Source of the DNA: Myxococcota bacterium
GTDB lineage: Bacteria > Myxococcota_A > UBA796 > SXON01
Direction: 5' to 3'
NCBI GenBank assembly: GCA_040386535.1
Contig: JAZKFH010000054.1
Location: forward strand, 1-63,702
Length of the DNA: 63,702 nucleotides
Shown: positions 18,790 through 28,477 of the stretch, piece after piece
Layout of the letters: each line of letters opens with the position of its first letter
Position numbering within the stretch: the first letter of the stretch is position 1
The notes under the pieces: model-generated
The model's database searches: none
The model's input: only the letters and a program-made list of their open reading frames with translations
What the model was told of the DNA's origin: nothing
Made by a program: the position numbers and the translations under genes

Positions 18790-20105
18790 ACACGCGGATC
18801 CAGCACGTCTGGGAGAAGCTCGCGTCCAGCTACTGGTTCGTGCCGGCGCTCATGATGAGCGCGGCGGCCGGGCTCGCGAGCCTCGCGCTGCACCTCGACC
18901 GCTCCGTGTTCGTCGCGAAGTCGCCGAGCGATTGGTTCTACGACGGTGACATCGAGGGCGCCCGCACCCTGCTCTCCACGGTCGCAGGCTCGATCGTGAC
19001 GGTGGCCGGCGTGGTCTTCTCCATCACCATCGCCGCGCTCACCCAGGCCTCGGCGCAATTCGGTCCCCGCCTTCTCCGCAACTTCATGCGGGACGGGGCG
19101 AACCAGCTCGTGCTCGGCACCTTCGTCGCGACCTTCCTCTACTGCATCCTCGTGCTGCGAGCGGTGCCCGAGGGCGAGGCGACCGCGGTCCCGCACTTCT
19201 CGGTGACGGTCGCCGTGGGGCTCTCCATCGCGAGCCTGTGCGTGCTCGTCTTCTTCATCCACCACATCTCCGCCTCGATGCAGGCGCCGCACGTCGTCGC
19301 CCGCGCCGCGATGGAGCTCCGCCAGGCGATCGAGCGGCGCTACCCCGCTCGCCTGGACAGCGAGACGCCCGCCCCCCCTCCGACCGGGCCTATGCCGCCT
19401 CCGTGGCAGGCCTTCGGACCGGATCCCGGGACGATCCGGGGGACCTCCAGCGGATACCTGCAGGCGGTCGACGAAGAGGAGGTCATGCGGATCGCCACCG
19501 ATCGCGACCTCCGCCTCGAGCTCCTCCAACGCCCCGGCAAGTTCCTCTTGGAAGGGAGCCCTCTGGTGCTCGTGTGGCCGGCCCGGGCGGTGAGCGCCGC
19601 CCTCTGCCGTGCCGTGAACGCCGCGTTCCTCGTGGGGCGGCAGCGCACGCCCGAACAAGACATCGAGTACGCGCTCGACCAGATGGTGGAGATCGCGGTG
19701 CGGGCCCTCTCTCCGGGGGTGAACGACCCGTTCACCGCCGTCACGTGCATCGACTGGTTGGGAGACTCGCTCCGGCGGCTCTCGGCCTGCGGAGAGCCCC
19801 CGGCGATTCGACCGGATCGCCACGGAGCGAGCCGAGTGGTCGCGCACGTCCCCACCTTCCCGGGGCTCGTGGACGCCGCCTTCGATCAGATCCGACAATA
19901 CGGACGCACCAGCGTGCCCGTCACCATCCGGCTCCTGGAGAGCATCGCGGCGCTCGCGGAGCACGTCGACCCGGAGCAACGGGCAGTGCTCCTGCGGAAG
20001 GCGGCCATCATCCACCGGGAGAGCCACGTACTCCCGGCCGAGGAGGATCGGCGCGATGTCGACGGGCGATTTCGTGCGGCGGTGACGGCGCTGGAACGAG
20101 GGTGA
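18786..20105 (+). CDS. DUF2254 family membrane protein
   Basis: SYWFVP, ARTLLSTVAGS, ASAQFGPRLLRNF, QRTPEQD, EIAVRALSPGVNDPFTA. Confidence 0.92.
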   Translation: MNTRIQHVWEKLASSYWFVPALMMSAAAGLASLALHLDRSVFVAKSPSDWFYDGDIEGARTLLSTVAGSIVTVAGVVFSITIAALTQASAQFGPRLLRNFMRDGANQLVLGTFVATFLYCILVLRAVPEGEATAVPHFSVTVAVGLSIASLCVLVFFIHHISASMQAPHVVARAAMELRQAIERRYPARLDSETPAPPPTGPMPPPWQAFGPDPGTIRGTSSGYLQAVDEEEVMRIATDRDLRLELLQRPGKFLLEGSPLVLVWPARAVSAALCRAVNAAFLVGRQRTPEQDIEYALDQMVEIAVRALSPGVNDPFTAVTCIDWLGDSLRRLSACGEPPAIRPDRHGASRVVAHVPTFPGLVDAAFDQIRQYGRTSVPVTIRLLESIAALAEHVDPEQRAVLLRKAAIIHRESHVLPAEEDRRDVDGRFRAAVTALERG

Positions 20106-20234
20106 CCGCCCTGTCGTACGAGGTGGAGGGGCCCGCCGACTGATCCGACCGGTTGCGCTGATCCGTCCGGTTGCGCGCTCACGCGGCCCCCACCCTCGAG
20201 CCGTGGGGCGGAGCACTCCAGGCGTACAAGCACG

Positions 20235-20257
20235 AAAGGGGCCCCTCGGCCCCCTTC
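20235..20257 (-). terminator. Possible intrinsic terminator between convergent genes
   Basis: Minus strand GGGGCC-GAGG-GGCCCC followed by only TTT. Confidence 0.35.
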
Positions 20258-20285
20258 CATCACAACCACCGTCCCTACGCGGCTG

Positions 20286-22025
20286 TCAGAAGTAGAAGTT
20301 CAACCCCATGTTCCCCTGCACCGCGCCCGGCACGGTGAGGTCGTTCTCCGGCTTGTTGAGGTAGCCGGCGTAACGAACGTCGAAGTTGACCGACGCCTTC
20401 TTGCCGAGGCCGAGCTCGAGGCCGAGGCCCGCGTGGGGACCCCAGAGCGTGGAGTCCTCGGACACGGTGGTGAAGCCGAGGTTGTCCTGCACCGAGCGGC
20501 CGGTGATGGTGACGCCGGCGAGGACGTAGGGGTTCACCTTGGTCCAGGGCATGCCGAAGAGCTGCACCGAGGCCTGGAGGGGCTGGTAGACACGCTCGCT
20601 GCCGTCGTCCCAGGTCTGGTCGTGGTGCATCCAGGAGACCTCGAGGCCCACGGACTCGACCGGGCGGTACCGCGCGGCGATGCCGAGGCCGGCGTCGCCG
20701 AAGCCGCCACCGCCGACGTTGTAGCCGCCCATGTAGGAGCCGCCGCGGATGCCGACCGCGAAGGTGCGGGCGCGCTCGACCTTGCGCACGGGGGCCTCGG
20801 AGACCTCGCGCTCGCCGCCGCGGCCACCGCCGTCACGCTCGATGGCGACGGCGTGGCGGTGGTGCCAGGGGGACGGGCCGTACACGAAAACCCCGTGGTA
20901 CCAGTAGGCGTGACCGGGGCGGTAGGGCCGGAACCAGCCACCGGGGCGGTACCAACGGTCGCCGCGGCCGTACCGGGACGAGTACGCGTAGTGCCGCGAC
21001 GCCGCGGACGAGCGGTGGTAGGCCGCGGAGGAGCGGTGGTAGGCGGCCGTGGAGCGGGCGTGGCGCACGTCCTCATGGCGACGGGACGCCTCGCCGCGGC
21101 TGCCGTAGGTGGCGCGCTCGGCATCGGAGCCGCGGCCACCGTGGCGCTCGGCGGACTCGTGGCCGTCACGGCCACCGTCGGCGTGGCGACCGGAATCGCG
21201 CCCATCACGCCCTTCGTCGCGGCCCACGGACTCACGGCCGGACTCGCCACGGCCGGGCTCACCACGGCCCGCTTCGCCGCGCCCCGAGACGGCGGTGCGG
21301 CTGGACGACACGCCGCGGAAGTTCGCGGGGGCGCCGGCAGACGCGCGCATCTCGGAGGAGGCGGCGGGGCGGCCGGACGCGCTGACGGGCGCACCAGCGC
21401 TCACGCGGCGGGTGGAGGAGGCGGTGGGCGCGGGGCGCGACCCGTCGAAGGTGCGGACGGAGCGCTCGCGGCCTTCCGCCGAGGCGCCGGTGGGGCGCGC
21501 CGGGTCGGGGCGGGGGCTGCTCTCGCCGCCGTAGGGGGCGGGGCGCGCCGTGCGGCTGCCCGCGTCGTCGCGCTCGCCGTCACGGGAGCCTTCGCGGCCG
21601 CCGTCACGGGAGCCCTCGCGCTCGCCGGAGCCCTCGGAGCGGGGCGCCGGGGCCGGGGTGGGCCGCGCGGTGGGGCCGTCGTCCCGGCGCTCGCCGGAGC
21701 CGCTGTCGCGGGAATCGCCACGGCCCGAATCGCCACGGCTGGAATCGCCCGAGCCGCTGGGGCGGGAGCCGCTGGGGCCCGAGCGGCGGCTGGAGTCCTT
21801 GGAGCCACCACCGTCCTTCTTGCCTTCGCCCTTGCTGGAGCTGCCGCCGCCGCCCCGCGAGCGGCGCATCGAGCGCTCGGCCTGGTCGGGCGAGGCGGAC
21901 GACACGGCGCTCTCCTGGGTGAGCGGGGCGTCGGCCGTGGCGTCGGTACCGTCGGCAGGGGCGGCGAACGCCACCGAGGGCGCGAGCAGGAGGGCGAGAG
22001 TCGTGGGGAGCAGCATGCGGAGCAT
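20286..22025 (-). CDS. Outer-membrane beta-barrel protein with long R/S/G-rich low-complexity N-terminal region
   Basis: GGAGG RBS; Sec signal ending AFA; amphipathic strands at the C-terminus ending GLNFYF. Confidence 0.78.
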   Translation of the reverse strand: MLRMLLPTTLALLLAPSVAFAAPADGTDATADAPLTQESAVSSASPDQAERSMRRSRGGGGSSSKGEGKKDGGGSKDSSRRSGPSGSRPSGSGDSSRGDSGRGDSRDSGSGERRDDGPTARPTPAPAPRSEGSGEREGSRDGGREGSRDGERDDAGSRTARPAPYGGESSPRPDPARPTGASAEGRERSVRTFDGSRPAPTASSTRRVSAGAPVSASGRPAASSEMRASAGAPANFRGVSSSRTAVSGRGEAGRGEPGRGESGRESVGRDEGRDGRDSGRHADGGRDGHESAERHGGRGSDAERATYGSRGEASRRHEDVRHARSTAAYHRSSAAYHRSSAASRHYAYSSRYGRGDRWYRPGGWFRPYRPGHAYWYHGVFVYGPSPWHHRHAVAIERDGGGRGGEREVSEAPVRKVERARTFAVGIRGGSYMGGYNVGGGGFGDAGLGIAARYRPVESVGLEVSWMHHDQTWDDGSERVYQPLQASVQLFGMPWTKVNPYVLAGVTITGRSVQDNLGFTTVSEDSTLWGPHAGLGLELGLGKKASVNFDVRYAGYLNKPENDLTVPGAVQGNMGLNFYF

Positions 22026-22101
22026 CAGGTCCTCCGGAGGGTGGGGATCGACCTTACGTCTACAAACGCCGTGCCGCGCGGTTCCATTCACCGGAACCTC
22101 G

Positions 22102-23463
22102 TCAACCGCGACCGAAGGCCTTGCGCAGCTCGACGAGGGTGGCCTCGCGCACCTGGTACACTCCGGCCCGGTCGGTGGCGCGAATCCGCACCAACGGCCG
22201 ATCCTCGGCGTCCTTCTCGGTCTGGCCGAGCTCGAGCGCGACCGTACGCCCGTCCCGGAACCGGACCTCGAACCGCGCGCCGGTCGCGTCGAACCGGGTG
22301 TCCGCCGGGATGGCCGCCGCGCGGAGCGCCGCGAGCGTGTTGACGGTGAACAGGGCCTGCTTCTGATCGGCGTCCATGTTGGCGGGCTGGGTGACGGCCC
22401 AGCTCGCGCCGTCCTCGGACTGCTCGATCACGACCGTGAGCCCGCGGTCGACGTAGGCGATCGACGCGACGGTGTCGCGCTCGAACGAGAGGAGCCTACG
22501 ATCGCGGAACGCCTCGACGGGCTGGGTCATGGCGCGCCCGACGACGCCGGAGGTGCGGAACACCTCGTCGCGGCCGGTCACGCGCACGAACGCGGCGCCG
22601 TCCACGATGCGGCTGCCGAGCGTGATGTCGCGGGTGGAGCCATCGTCCATCAGCAGGGTGGCTTGGGCCAGCGGCGTGTCGAAGCCACCGTCGTACGTGG
22701 GGTTGTGGATGGCGGCGGCGCGGATGCGGGCGATGGCGCGCAGGGTGACCTCGACCGTCTCGTCGTCCACCACGAAGCCCGCGCCGTCCAGCTGCCACGG
22801 GCCGGGGAGCACCTTGCCGGCGGGGTCGATCGTGGTGGAGGCGGCGCGCGTGAAGCGCAGGGCCTCGGCGCCGCGCGTGAGCGTGAGCCCGGCGACCGTG
22901 GCGGTGTCGAGCTCGATGGCGACCTTGTCGCGCCACTCCGCCGCGGGGCGCGCGTAGCGGGCGCGGCCGCCCACGTCCGCACGGAAGACATCCTCCGAGC
23001 CGGGGATCCGCGCGAACGTGGACGGCCCGGCCGCGGTCTTGCCGACGACGACGGACGCGGCGGGGATGTCCTGTCCGACCACGTAGAGCTCGACGAGGAG
23101 CCCGTTCTGGTCGTCCACGCCGTAGTCCTCCTGGTTGCCGCCATCCACGAAGGCGTCCATCGGGAGGCCGGCCGCGAACGTGTCGAGCACGGTGCGGATC
23201 TGCGCAGCGTCTGCCGGGAAGTCGAGCGGGGTCACGATGCGCCACCGATCGAAGCCCGGGGTCCCCTTCTCGCTGGACTCGCGCTCGATGCGCAGCTTCT
23301 CGATGGGCGTCGAGATCTGCACGACGGTGACGGTGTCGGGGACGACGGCCGGCAGGGACGGGAGGGCCTCGACGACCGCAGGCCCGCCGCGCCCGAAGAC
23401 GTTGAGCAGCGCGAACAGGGCGGCGACGGCGAGCAGCACGACGCTTCGACGGGTGAGCCTCAT
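22102..23463 (-). CDS. DUF4340 domain protein
   Basis: N-terminal TM; three repeated W.I..P...AD...V units, YG; typical position after gldG. Confidence 0.8.
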   Translation of the reverse strand: MRLTRRSVVLLAVAALFALLNVFGRGGPAVVEALPSLPAVVPDTVTVVQISTPIEKLRIERESSEKGTPGFDRWRIVTPLDFPADAAQIRTVLDTFAAGLPMDAFVDGGNQEDYGVDDQNGLLVELYVVGQDIPAASVVVGKTAAGPSTFARIPGSEDVFRADVGGRARYARPAAEWRDKVAIELDTATVAGLTLTRGAEALRFTRAASTTIDPAGKVLPGPWQLDGAGFVVDDETVEVTLRAIARIRAAAIHNPTYDGGFDTPLAQATLLMDDGSTRDITLGSRIVDGAAFVRVTGRDEVFRTSGVVGRAMTQPVEAFRDRRLLSFERDTVASIAYVDRGLTVVIEQSEDGASWAVTQPANMDADQKQALFTVNTLAALRAAAIPADTRFDATGARFEVRFRDGRTVALELGQTEKDAEDRPLVRIRATDRAGVYQVREATLVELRKAFGRG

Positions 23464-25073
23464 GCTGCCGCTCCGGAGCGGCGCGCGCGACGGCGGAACC
23501 ACACCTGGCGCGCGACGCCGAAGGCGAACAGCGCGAGCGGCCCGGCGAGGAGGTTGAACCCCTTCCACGCCAACTGTTGCCCCGGCGTGGTGGCGGTGAG
23601 CGTGGGGAGCGTGGCGTTCTTGCTGCGGATGCCGATGAGCGACTCGTCCTGCACCAGCCAATCCGTGAGGTTCAGCATGAACGCGAGGTTGTTGGCGACA
23701 AAGTCGGCCGACCCGCCGACGACGAGGCGCGTCGGGGCGCCCTCGACCACCAGCGGCGGCTCCTCCGGGGTCTCCTCCTCGGTCATCGGCGGGGCGTCGG
23801 GGTCGGGCGGCGGCGGCGGCCGGGTCTCGAAGAAGGAGCGCAGCGGGCCCGTCAGCGTCACCAGCACCGGGAACGGCCCGCGCTTCTCGCTGGAGAGCAC
23901 GCCGGTGAGCTGCGTGGGGTCGACCGTCTTGAGATCCTGCACGGAGCCCGACGACGCCGACGTGCGCGCGAGCACCTCGGCCTCGACGCCGGGGTTGAGC
24001 TCTTCCGCGACCTGGAGCGAGGAGGTGAAGGGGAACAACATGCCGTCGAGTCCGCTCACCAGCACGTTGCGGCGCGAAAGATCCGTGGCCTGCGGGATCA
24101 GGGCGTAGTTGACCTCCCGCGTGCTCTGCTTGTTGCCGACACGCACGGGGAAGCGCATCACGCCGTTCTGCACGCGGTCCATCACGATGTCGCGGTTGGC
24201 CTGGATCCCGTAGTGGCCGAGCAGGGGCTCGAGCCCCGAGCTGGTGCGCGTGGCGCGGTAGGTGCGCAGGTCGGGCCGCGTGTGGGTGACGAAGATCGCC
24301 GCGGCCCCCCCGCGCATGAGGAACTGGTCGATCTGGTAGATCGCGCGGTCGGACAGCGGCTTCTGCGGGCCGATGACGAGCAGCGCGTCGACCTCCTTGG
24401 GGATCGCGCCCGCCCCGCCCAACGCGAGCGGCTGCAGCACGAACTTACGGGCGAGCTGCTCCATCATCTCGCGGAGGGGGCCCTCGGGCTTGACGAGGTC
24501 GGGCTCGCCGCTGCCCATGGTCCACGCGAGGACCGGCGCGTCCTTGGGCTTCTGCTTGAGGCGGTGGATGGCCGAGGCGAGGTCGTACTCCAGGGCCGAG
24601 AGATCGGTCAGCGCGGGCAGGACCTCCTGCTTGTCGCCGTAGAGCAGCACGGCGCCGAGCCAGATGCGACGGAGCTCCGCGCGGTTCGACTCGGTGACCT
24701 TCTGCTCGAGCGGCGTGAGCCCGTACTTCTGCGCCTCGGCGAGCAGCACGGCGTCGGTGCCTGGATCGACGACGGTGATCTTCATCCGGCCGCCGGAGTA
24801 GGCCTGCAGCTCGTCGAGCTTGTCGCGGATGATCTGCTCGTGGTTGTTGTAGGGCGCGGAGAGGCCCTTGGACAGCCACACCTTGGCGACGAGGGGGCGG
24901 TCGAGCGAGGCCACGAGCCGCTTGCTGGACTCGTCCAGGCTGTGGAGGCGGTCCTGTGTCACGTCGAGGCGGCCGAAGTGTTCGGACCCCCACACGTTCG
25001 CCAACACGACGATCAGCATCACCAGGGCGAGCTGGAGCCAGCTGTTGGCGAGCAGGTTCTTGCGTGCGGTCAC
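23460..25073 (-). CDS. gldG: GldG-family ABC transporter auxiliary component
   Basis: RLDVTQDRLHSL, LEYDLASAI, IDQFLMRGG, NLTDWL...LIGIRSK; GTGA overlap with the upstream gene. Confidence 0.85.
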   Translation of the reverse strand: MTARKNLLANSWLQLALVMLIVVLANVWGSEHFGRLDVTQDRLHSLDESSKRLVASLDRPLVAKVWLSKGLSAPYNNHEQIIRDKLDELQAYSGGRMKITVVDPGTDAVLLAEAQKYGLTPLEQKVTESNRAELRRIWLGAVLLYGDKQEVLPALTDLSALEYDLASAIHRLKQKPKDAPVLAWTMGSGEPDLVKPEGPLREMMEQLARKFVLQPLALGGAGAIPKEVDALLVIGPQKPLSDRAIYQIDQFLMRGGAAAIFVTHTRPDLRTYRATRTSSGLEPLLGHYGIQANRDIVMDRVQNGVMRFPVRVGNKQSTREVNYALIPQATDLSRRNVLVSGLDGMLFPFTSSLQVAEELNPGVEAEVLARTSASSGSVQDLKTVDPTQLTGVLSSEKRGPFPVLVTLTGPLRSFFETRPPPPPDPDAPPMTEEETPEEPPLVVEGAPTRLVVGGSADFVANNLAFMLNLTDWLVQDESLIGIRSKNATLPTLTATTPGQQLAWKGFNLLAGPLALFAFGVARQVWFRRRARRSGAAA

Positions 25074-25846
25074 GAGAGCCGCCGCCGCTCGAGGCTGAAC
25101 ACCGCGAGGTGGAGGGACGCCGCCGCGACCGAGCCCCAGAAGAGCAGGTTGCGCGTGTCGATCACGCCGCGCGCGAGGTTGTTGAAGTGGGTCTCGAAGG
25201 CGAGGTACTGCACCAGCGGCAGGATCGTGTTCGGCACCCGCTCCAGGAAGAAGCCCATTGCGTAGGGGAACATCCCGACCACGAGCGCGAGCAGGAACGC
25301 GACGATCTGGTTGCTGGTGAGCGAGGAGGCCGCCGTGCCGATGGCCGCGAGCGCCCCGCCCAGGAGCAAGAGCCCCAGGTAGCCGCACAGCGCCGGGCCG
25401 AAGTCGAGCCCGGTCTCGGTGAACACCCGCACGATCATCGGCGGCGCGTCGGCATCGGCGATCGCGGGCGTGCCCAGCCACGCCATCGTGAACGCGTACG
25501 GGATCGTGGTCGACACCGCCACCGCCACGAGGCTCATCGCCGCGAGGTATTTGCCGAAGACCAGCTCCCCCTCGGTGATAGGAAGGGTGACGAGGATCTC
25601 GAGGCTGCCGGTGCGGCGCTCCTCCGCGAACAGGCGCATCGTGATGGCCGGCACGAGCAGCACCAGGAACACCGCGGCCCAGAAGAAGACGCCGCGCAGC
25701 GACACGGTGCCGCCGGCGAACAGGTCGTCGAACCAGAGGGCGAACCCGCCCACGAGCACGACGTAGACGGGCACCACGAAGTAGGCGAGGGGCGAATCGA
25801 AGTAGGCCCCGAGCTCACGGCGGGCGATGGCGAGGACGTTCGTCAT
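25070..25846 (-). CDS. gldF: GldF-like ABC-2 permease
   Basis: IARRELGAYFDSPLAY, PAITMRLFAEERRTGSLEILVTLP, GKYLA, SSLTSNQIVA. Confidence 0.88.
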   Translation of the reverse strand: MTNVLAIARRELGAYFDSPLAYFVVPVYVVLVGGFALWFDDLFAGGTVSLRGVFFWAAVFLVLLVPAITMRLFAEERRTGSLEILVTLPITEGELVFGKYLAAMSLVAVAVSTTIPYAFTMAWLGTPAIADADAPPMIVRVFTETGLDFGPALCGYLGLLLLGGALAAIGTAASSLTSNQIVAFLLALVVGMFPYAMGFFLERVPNTILPLVQYLAFETHFNNLARGVIDTRNLLFWGSVAAASLHLAVFSLERRRLS

Positions 25847-25950
25847 GCGTCCGGGGGCTTAGCCGTTGTCCTCGCGGAATGCACAAGGGGCGAGGGCCAG
25901 AATCTGTCCGGTGACGCCTGGGCGAAGGGAACGACCAAGGGCGGCAGCAG

Positions 25951-26172
25951 CAAGACCAGGCAGGAAGGCAGGAAGAAAGGCAGGAAAGCAGGATGGAGAG
26001 GACAGAAGCCCAAGACCAGGCAGGAAGGCAGGAAGAAAGGCACGAAAGCAGGAAATAGAGAGGACAGGAACGAGGACGGAGGACGATCACGCCGCTTTCT
26101 TCCGACCCTCCTACTTCCTGCCTTCCTACTTCCTGCCTTCCTACCTCCTGCCTTCCTAGTTTCCTGCCTTCC
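25951..26172. repeat. Polypurine (two ~60-bp copies) and polypyrimidine (four 15-16-bp copies) arms built on GGCAGGAA/TTCCTGCC
   Basis: CAAGACCAGGCAGGAAGGCAGGAAGAAAGGCA at 25951 and 26011; CCTACTTCCTGCCTT-type units at 26110-26170 are inverted relative to the purine arm. Confidence 0.92.
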
Positions 26173-26231
26173 GGAGCTTCTTCGTCTTCGCGCGAAGCGC
26201 GGCTTCTTCGCGCGAACGCCCCTTCCCCGCG

Positions 26232-27422
26232 CTACTTCGCGACCGCGATCGGCTCCGACTGCGGCACGATGTCCACCTTCTCGTGCCGCGCCCACAGCTG
26301 CGCCTCCTCCCACGTGGCGGGAGACTGGATCTCGTGCGTCAGCACGTTGCGGGCGGTCTCGAAGAAGCCCTCCATCGTGCGGAACATGAAGCTGGTGTCG
26401 ATCCAGCACGCGCGCATGCAGCCCTCGCAGCTGCCCGCCTCGAGCATGCGCTTGCGCTCGAACTCGATGGACTTGAAGTAGGTCTCGAACTGGGGGTCGA
26501 GGATGTGCTTGTGCTGGTGCTCGGTGCGGTGGCAGATCGCGAACTGGCCGTTCGGCGAGACGCTGAAGTAGAGCCGGCCCGCGTCGCAGCCCTCGGCGGG
26601 GAAGCGCCCCGTCTTGAGGTACATCCGCGAGGCCTCGAGGTACGGCGTCGAGTTGAGGATGGGCCACCCGGCGTTCTTCATCTCGATGAGCGTGTCGTAG
26701 GCCTTGTCGATGCGGGCGAGGACGACCTCGGGCGCGTCCGCCGTGTTGAGGCCCATCTCCGGGCGGAAGCGGATGAACCGCGCCTCCCAGTTGCGCTGGC
26801 CGGCCTTCGCGTCGGCGAGGAGCTCGACCGGGAGGAAGCTGATGTGGAAGCCGAGGTCGCGCGCGAAGCGGACGAGATCGGGCAGCTCTTCGAGGTTCAG
26901 GTTGGACACGACGCAGTTGATCGTCGGCATGCCGTTGGTGCCGTCGAGCAGCTTGCCGACGGTGGTCATCGACTTGACCGCCATGTCCCAGCTGCCGTCC
27001 ATCTCGCAGATGTAGTCGAAGCGCGCGGGGTAGAGCGAGTCGAGCGAGATCGAGAAGTTGCGGACGCCGTAGTCGACCGTCTTCTTCAGGCGCTCCTCGC
27101 TCACGCCCACGCCGTTCGTGAGCACGCGCACGTTGAGCCCCACGTCGACGAAGCGCTTGGCGGCCTCCTCGAGGTAGTCGCACGCGTAGGGCTCGCCGCC
27201 GCCGATCGAGAGCTGCACGACGCCGAGGCGGGCCATCTTCGCGGCCATGTCCTCGATCTCGTGGATCTCCAGCTCTTCCTTGCGGTTTCCGTACCGCCAG
27301 ATGCCGCACATCTTGCAGGTGAGGTTGCACCGGTGGGTGATGCCGTAGTGGGCGTAGACCGGCACCCGACGGGTGACGAAGGCCTCCGCGATGCGGGCAT
27401 AGCCGGGGATCTTGAGGTTCAT
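26232..27422 (-). CDS. Radical SAM protein with SPASM/twitch-like C-terminal domain
   Basis: CNLTCKMC, GGGEP, TNG, ISLD; CDAG...CH...CEGCMRAC. Confidence 0.9.
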   Translation of the reverse strand: MNLKIPGYARIAEAFVTRRVPVYAHYGITHRCNLTCKMCGIWRYGNRKEELEIHEIEDMAAKMARLGVVQLSIGGGEPYACDYLEEAAKRFVDVGLNVRVLTNGVGVSEERLKKTVDYGVRNFSISLDSLYPARFDYICEMDGSWDMAVKSMTTVGKLLDGTNGMPTINCVVSNLNLEELPDLVRFARDLGFHISFLPVELLADAKAGQRNWEARFIRFRPEMGLNTADAPEVVLARIDKAYDTLIEMKNAGWPILNSTPYLEASRMYLKTGRFPAEGCDAGRLYFSVSPNGQFAICHRTEHQHKHILDPQFETYFKSIEFERKRMLEAGSCEGCMRACWIDTSFMFRTMEGFFETARNVLTHEIQSPATWEEAQLWARHEKVDIVPQSEPIAVAK

Positions 27423-28477
27423 GCTGCACCTCGGCGGGATGCGCCGGAGCCCGGTGTCGGGAGGGGACGAAGGGACTTCGCCCACTCCAACAACGTCGGG
27501 GCGTTGAGGTTGTAGAGGTAGTTGTACTCCGTGAGGGCCGTCGAGGTACAGGCCCGGCACGAGTTGTCGCGTAGATGCTCGAACGCGGCAGCGAAGCCGC
27601 CGTCGCGGACGTTGCGTCCCGCGAAGCCCCCGGCGAGCAGGGAGCAGGGGGTCACCGTGCCGTCCGGCAACACGGCGCAATAGAGCTGGCCGGCCATGCA
27701 GTGGAGGTCCTCCTGCGGGGCCAGGGACGTGGGGCGCGCGTAGTCCTTCCACGCCAGCAGGTAGCGCAGGTACTTCTCGCTGGGGCCCACGCGGCGCCCG
27801 GCCATGCGGGCCTCGAGCAGCCCACGGAGCACCTTCCGGAGCGCGTCGGCGTCGGGAGCGAGCTCGGCGGCGCGCGCGGGCGCGAGGTAGGGGCGCTGCT
27901 GAAGGACCTGGAAGTCCGCCACGAAGCCGTAGGTGTCGGCCAGATCGAGCACCGTGCCGACCTGGTCGAGGTTGTGGCGGGTGAGCGTGGTGATCGTGTG
28001 GAGATCCACCCCGCGTCGCGACGCCTCCGTGATCGCCGCCATCGCCTTCTTCCAGGCGCCGGGCTCCCGGTTGAGGTCGTGCGCGGCCTCGCCGCCGTCG
28101 AGCGAGATCATCAGCCGCCCGAGCGTGGAGAGCTCGTCCGCCAGGGCGGGGTAGCGGTAGCCGTTCGTCTCGAGCGTGGTCCACATGCCGTGGGCAGAGC
28201 AGCGCTCGACGATAGCGGCGATGTCGTCCCGTACGAGGGGCTCGCCGCCGCCGATGCCGACACGCACGGCGCCCTCGGCGGCCATCGCGTCGATCAGCGC
28301 CATCATCTCGCGCGTGTCGAGCTCAGCGTGCCGTCGCAACGGGAGCGCGCAGTAGGTGCACAACGCGTTGCACCGCATCGTCACGAGCAGGGTGACGTTG
28401 AGCGGCATGCGATGCCCGGTGAGGCGGTACCGCGCCGCGCCGACTCCGCTCTTGAGCAGCGCGCCGCTCTTGTTCAC
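27419..28477 (-). CDS. Radical SAM protein with SPASM/twitch-like domain
   Basis: CNALCTYC, GGGEPL, ETNG, ISLDG; CMAG...PC...CRAC. Confidence 0.9.
   Translation of the reverse strand: MNKSGALLKSGVGAARYRLTGHRMPLNVTLLVTMRCNALCTYCALPLRRHAELDTREMMALIDAMAAEGAVRVGIGGGEPLVRDDIAAIVERCSAHGMWTTLETNGYRYPALADELSTLGRLMISLDGGEAAHDLNREPGAWKKAMAAITEASRRGVDLHTITTLTRHNLDQVGTVLDLADTYGFVADFQVLQQRPYLAPARAAELAPDADALRKVLRGLLEARMAGRRVGPSEKYLRYLLAWKDYARPTSLAPQEDLHCMAGQLYCAVLPDGTVTPCSLLAGGFAGRNVRDGGFAAAFEHLRDNSCRACTSTALTEYNYLYNLNAPTLLEWAKSLRPLPTPGSGASRRGAA

Noticed and set aside
25815..26159. Short ORFs over the purine/pyrimidine repeats as an rSAM RiPP precursor
   Set aside because: Low-complexity repeat translations with no RBS or leader-like features.
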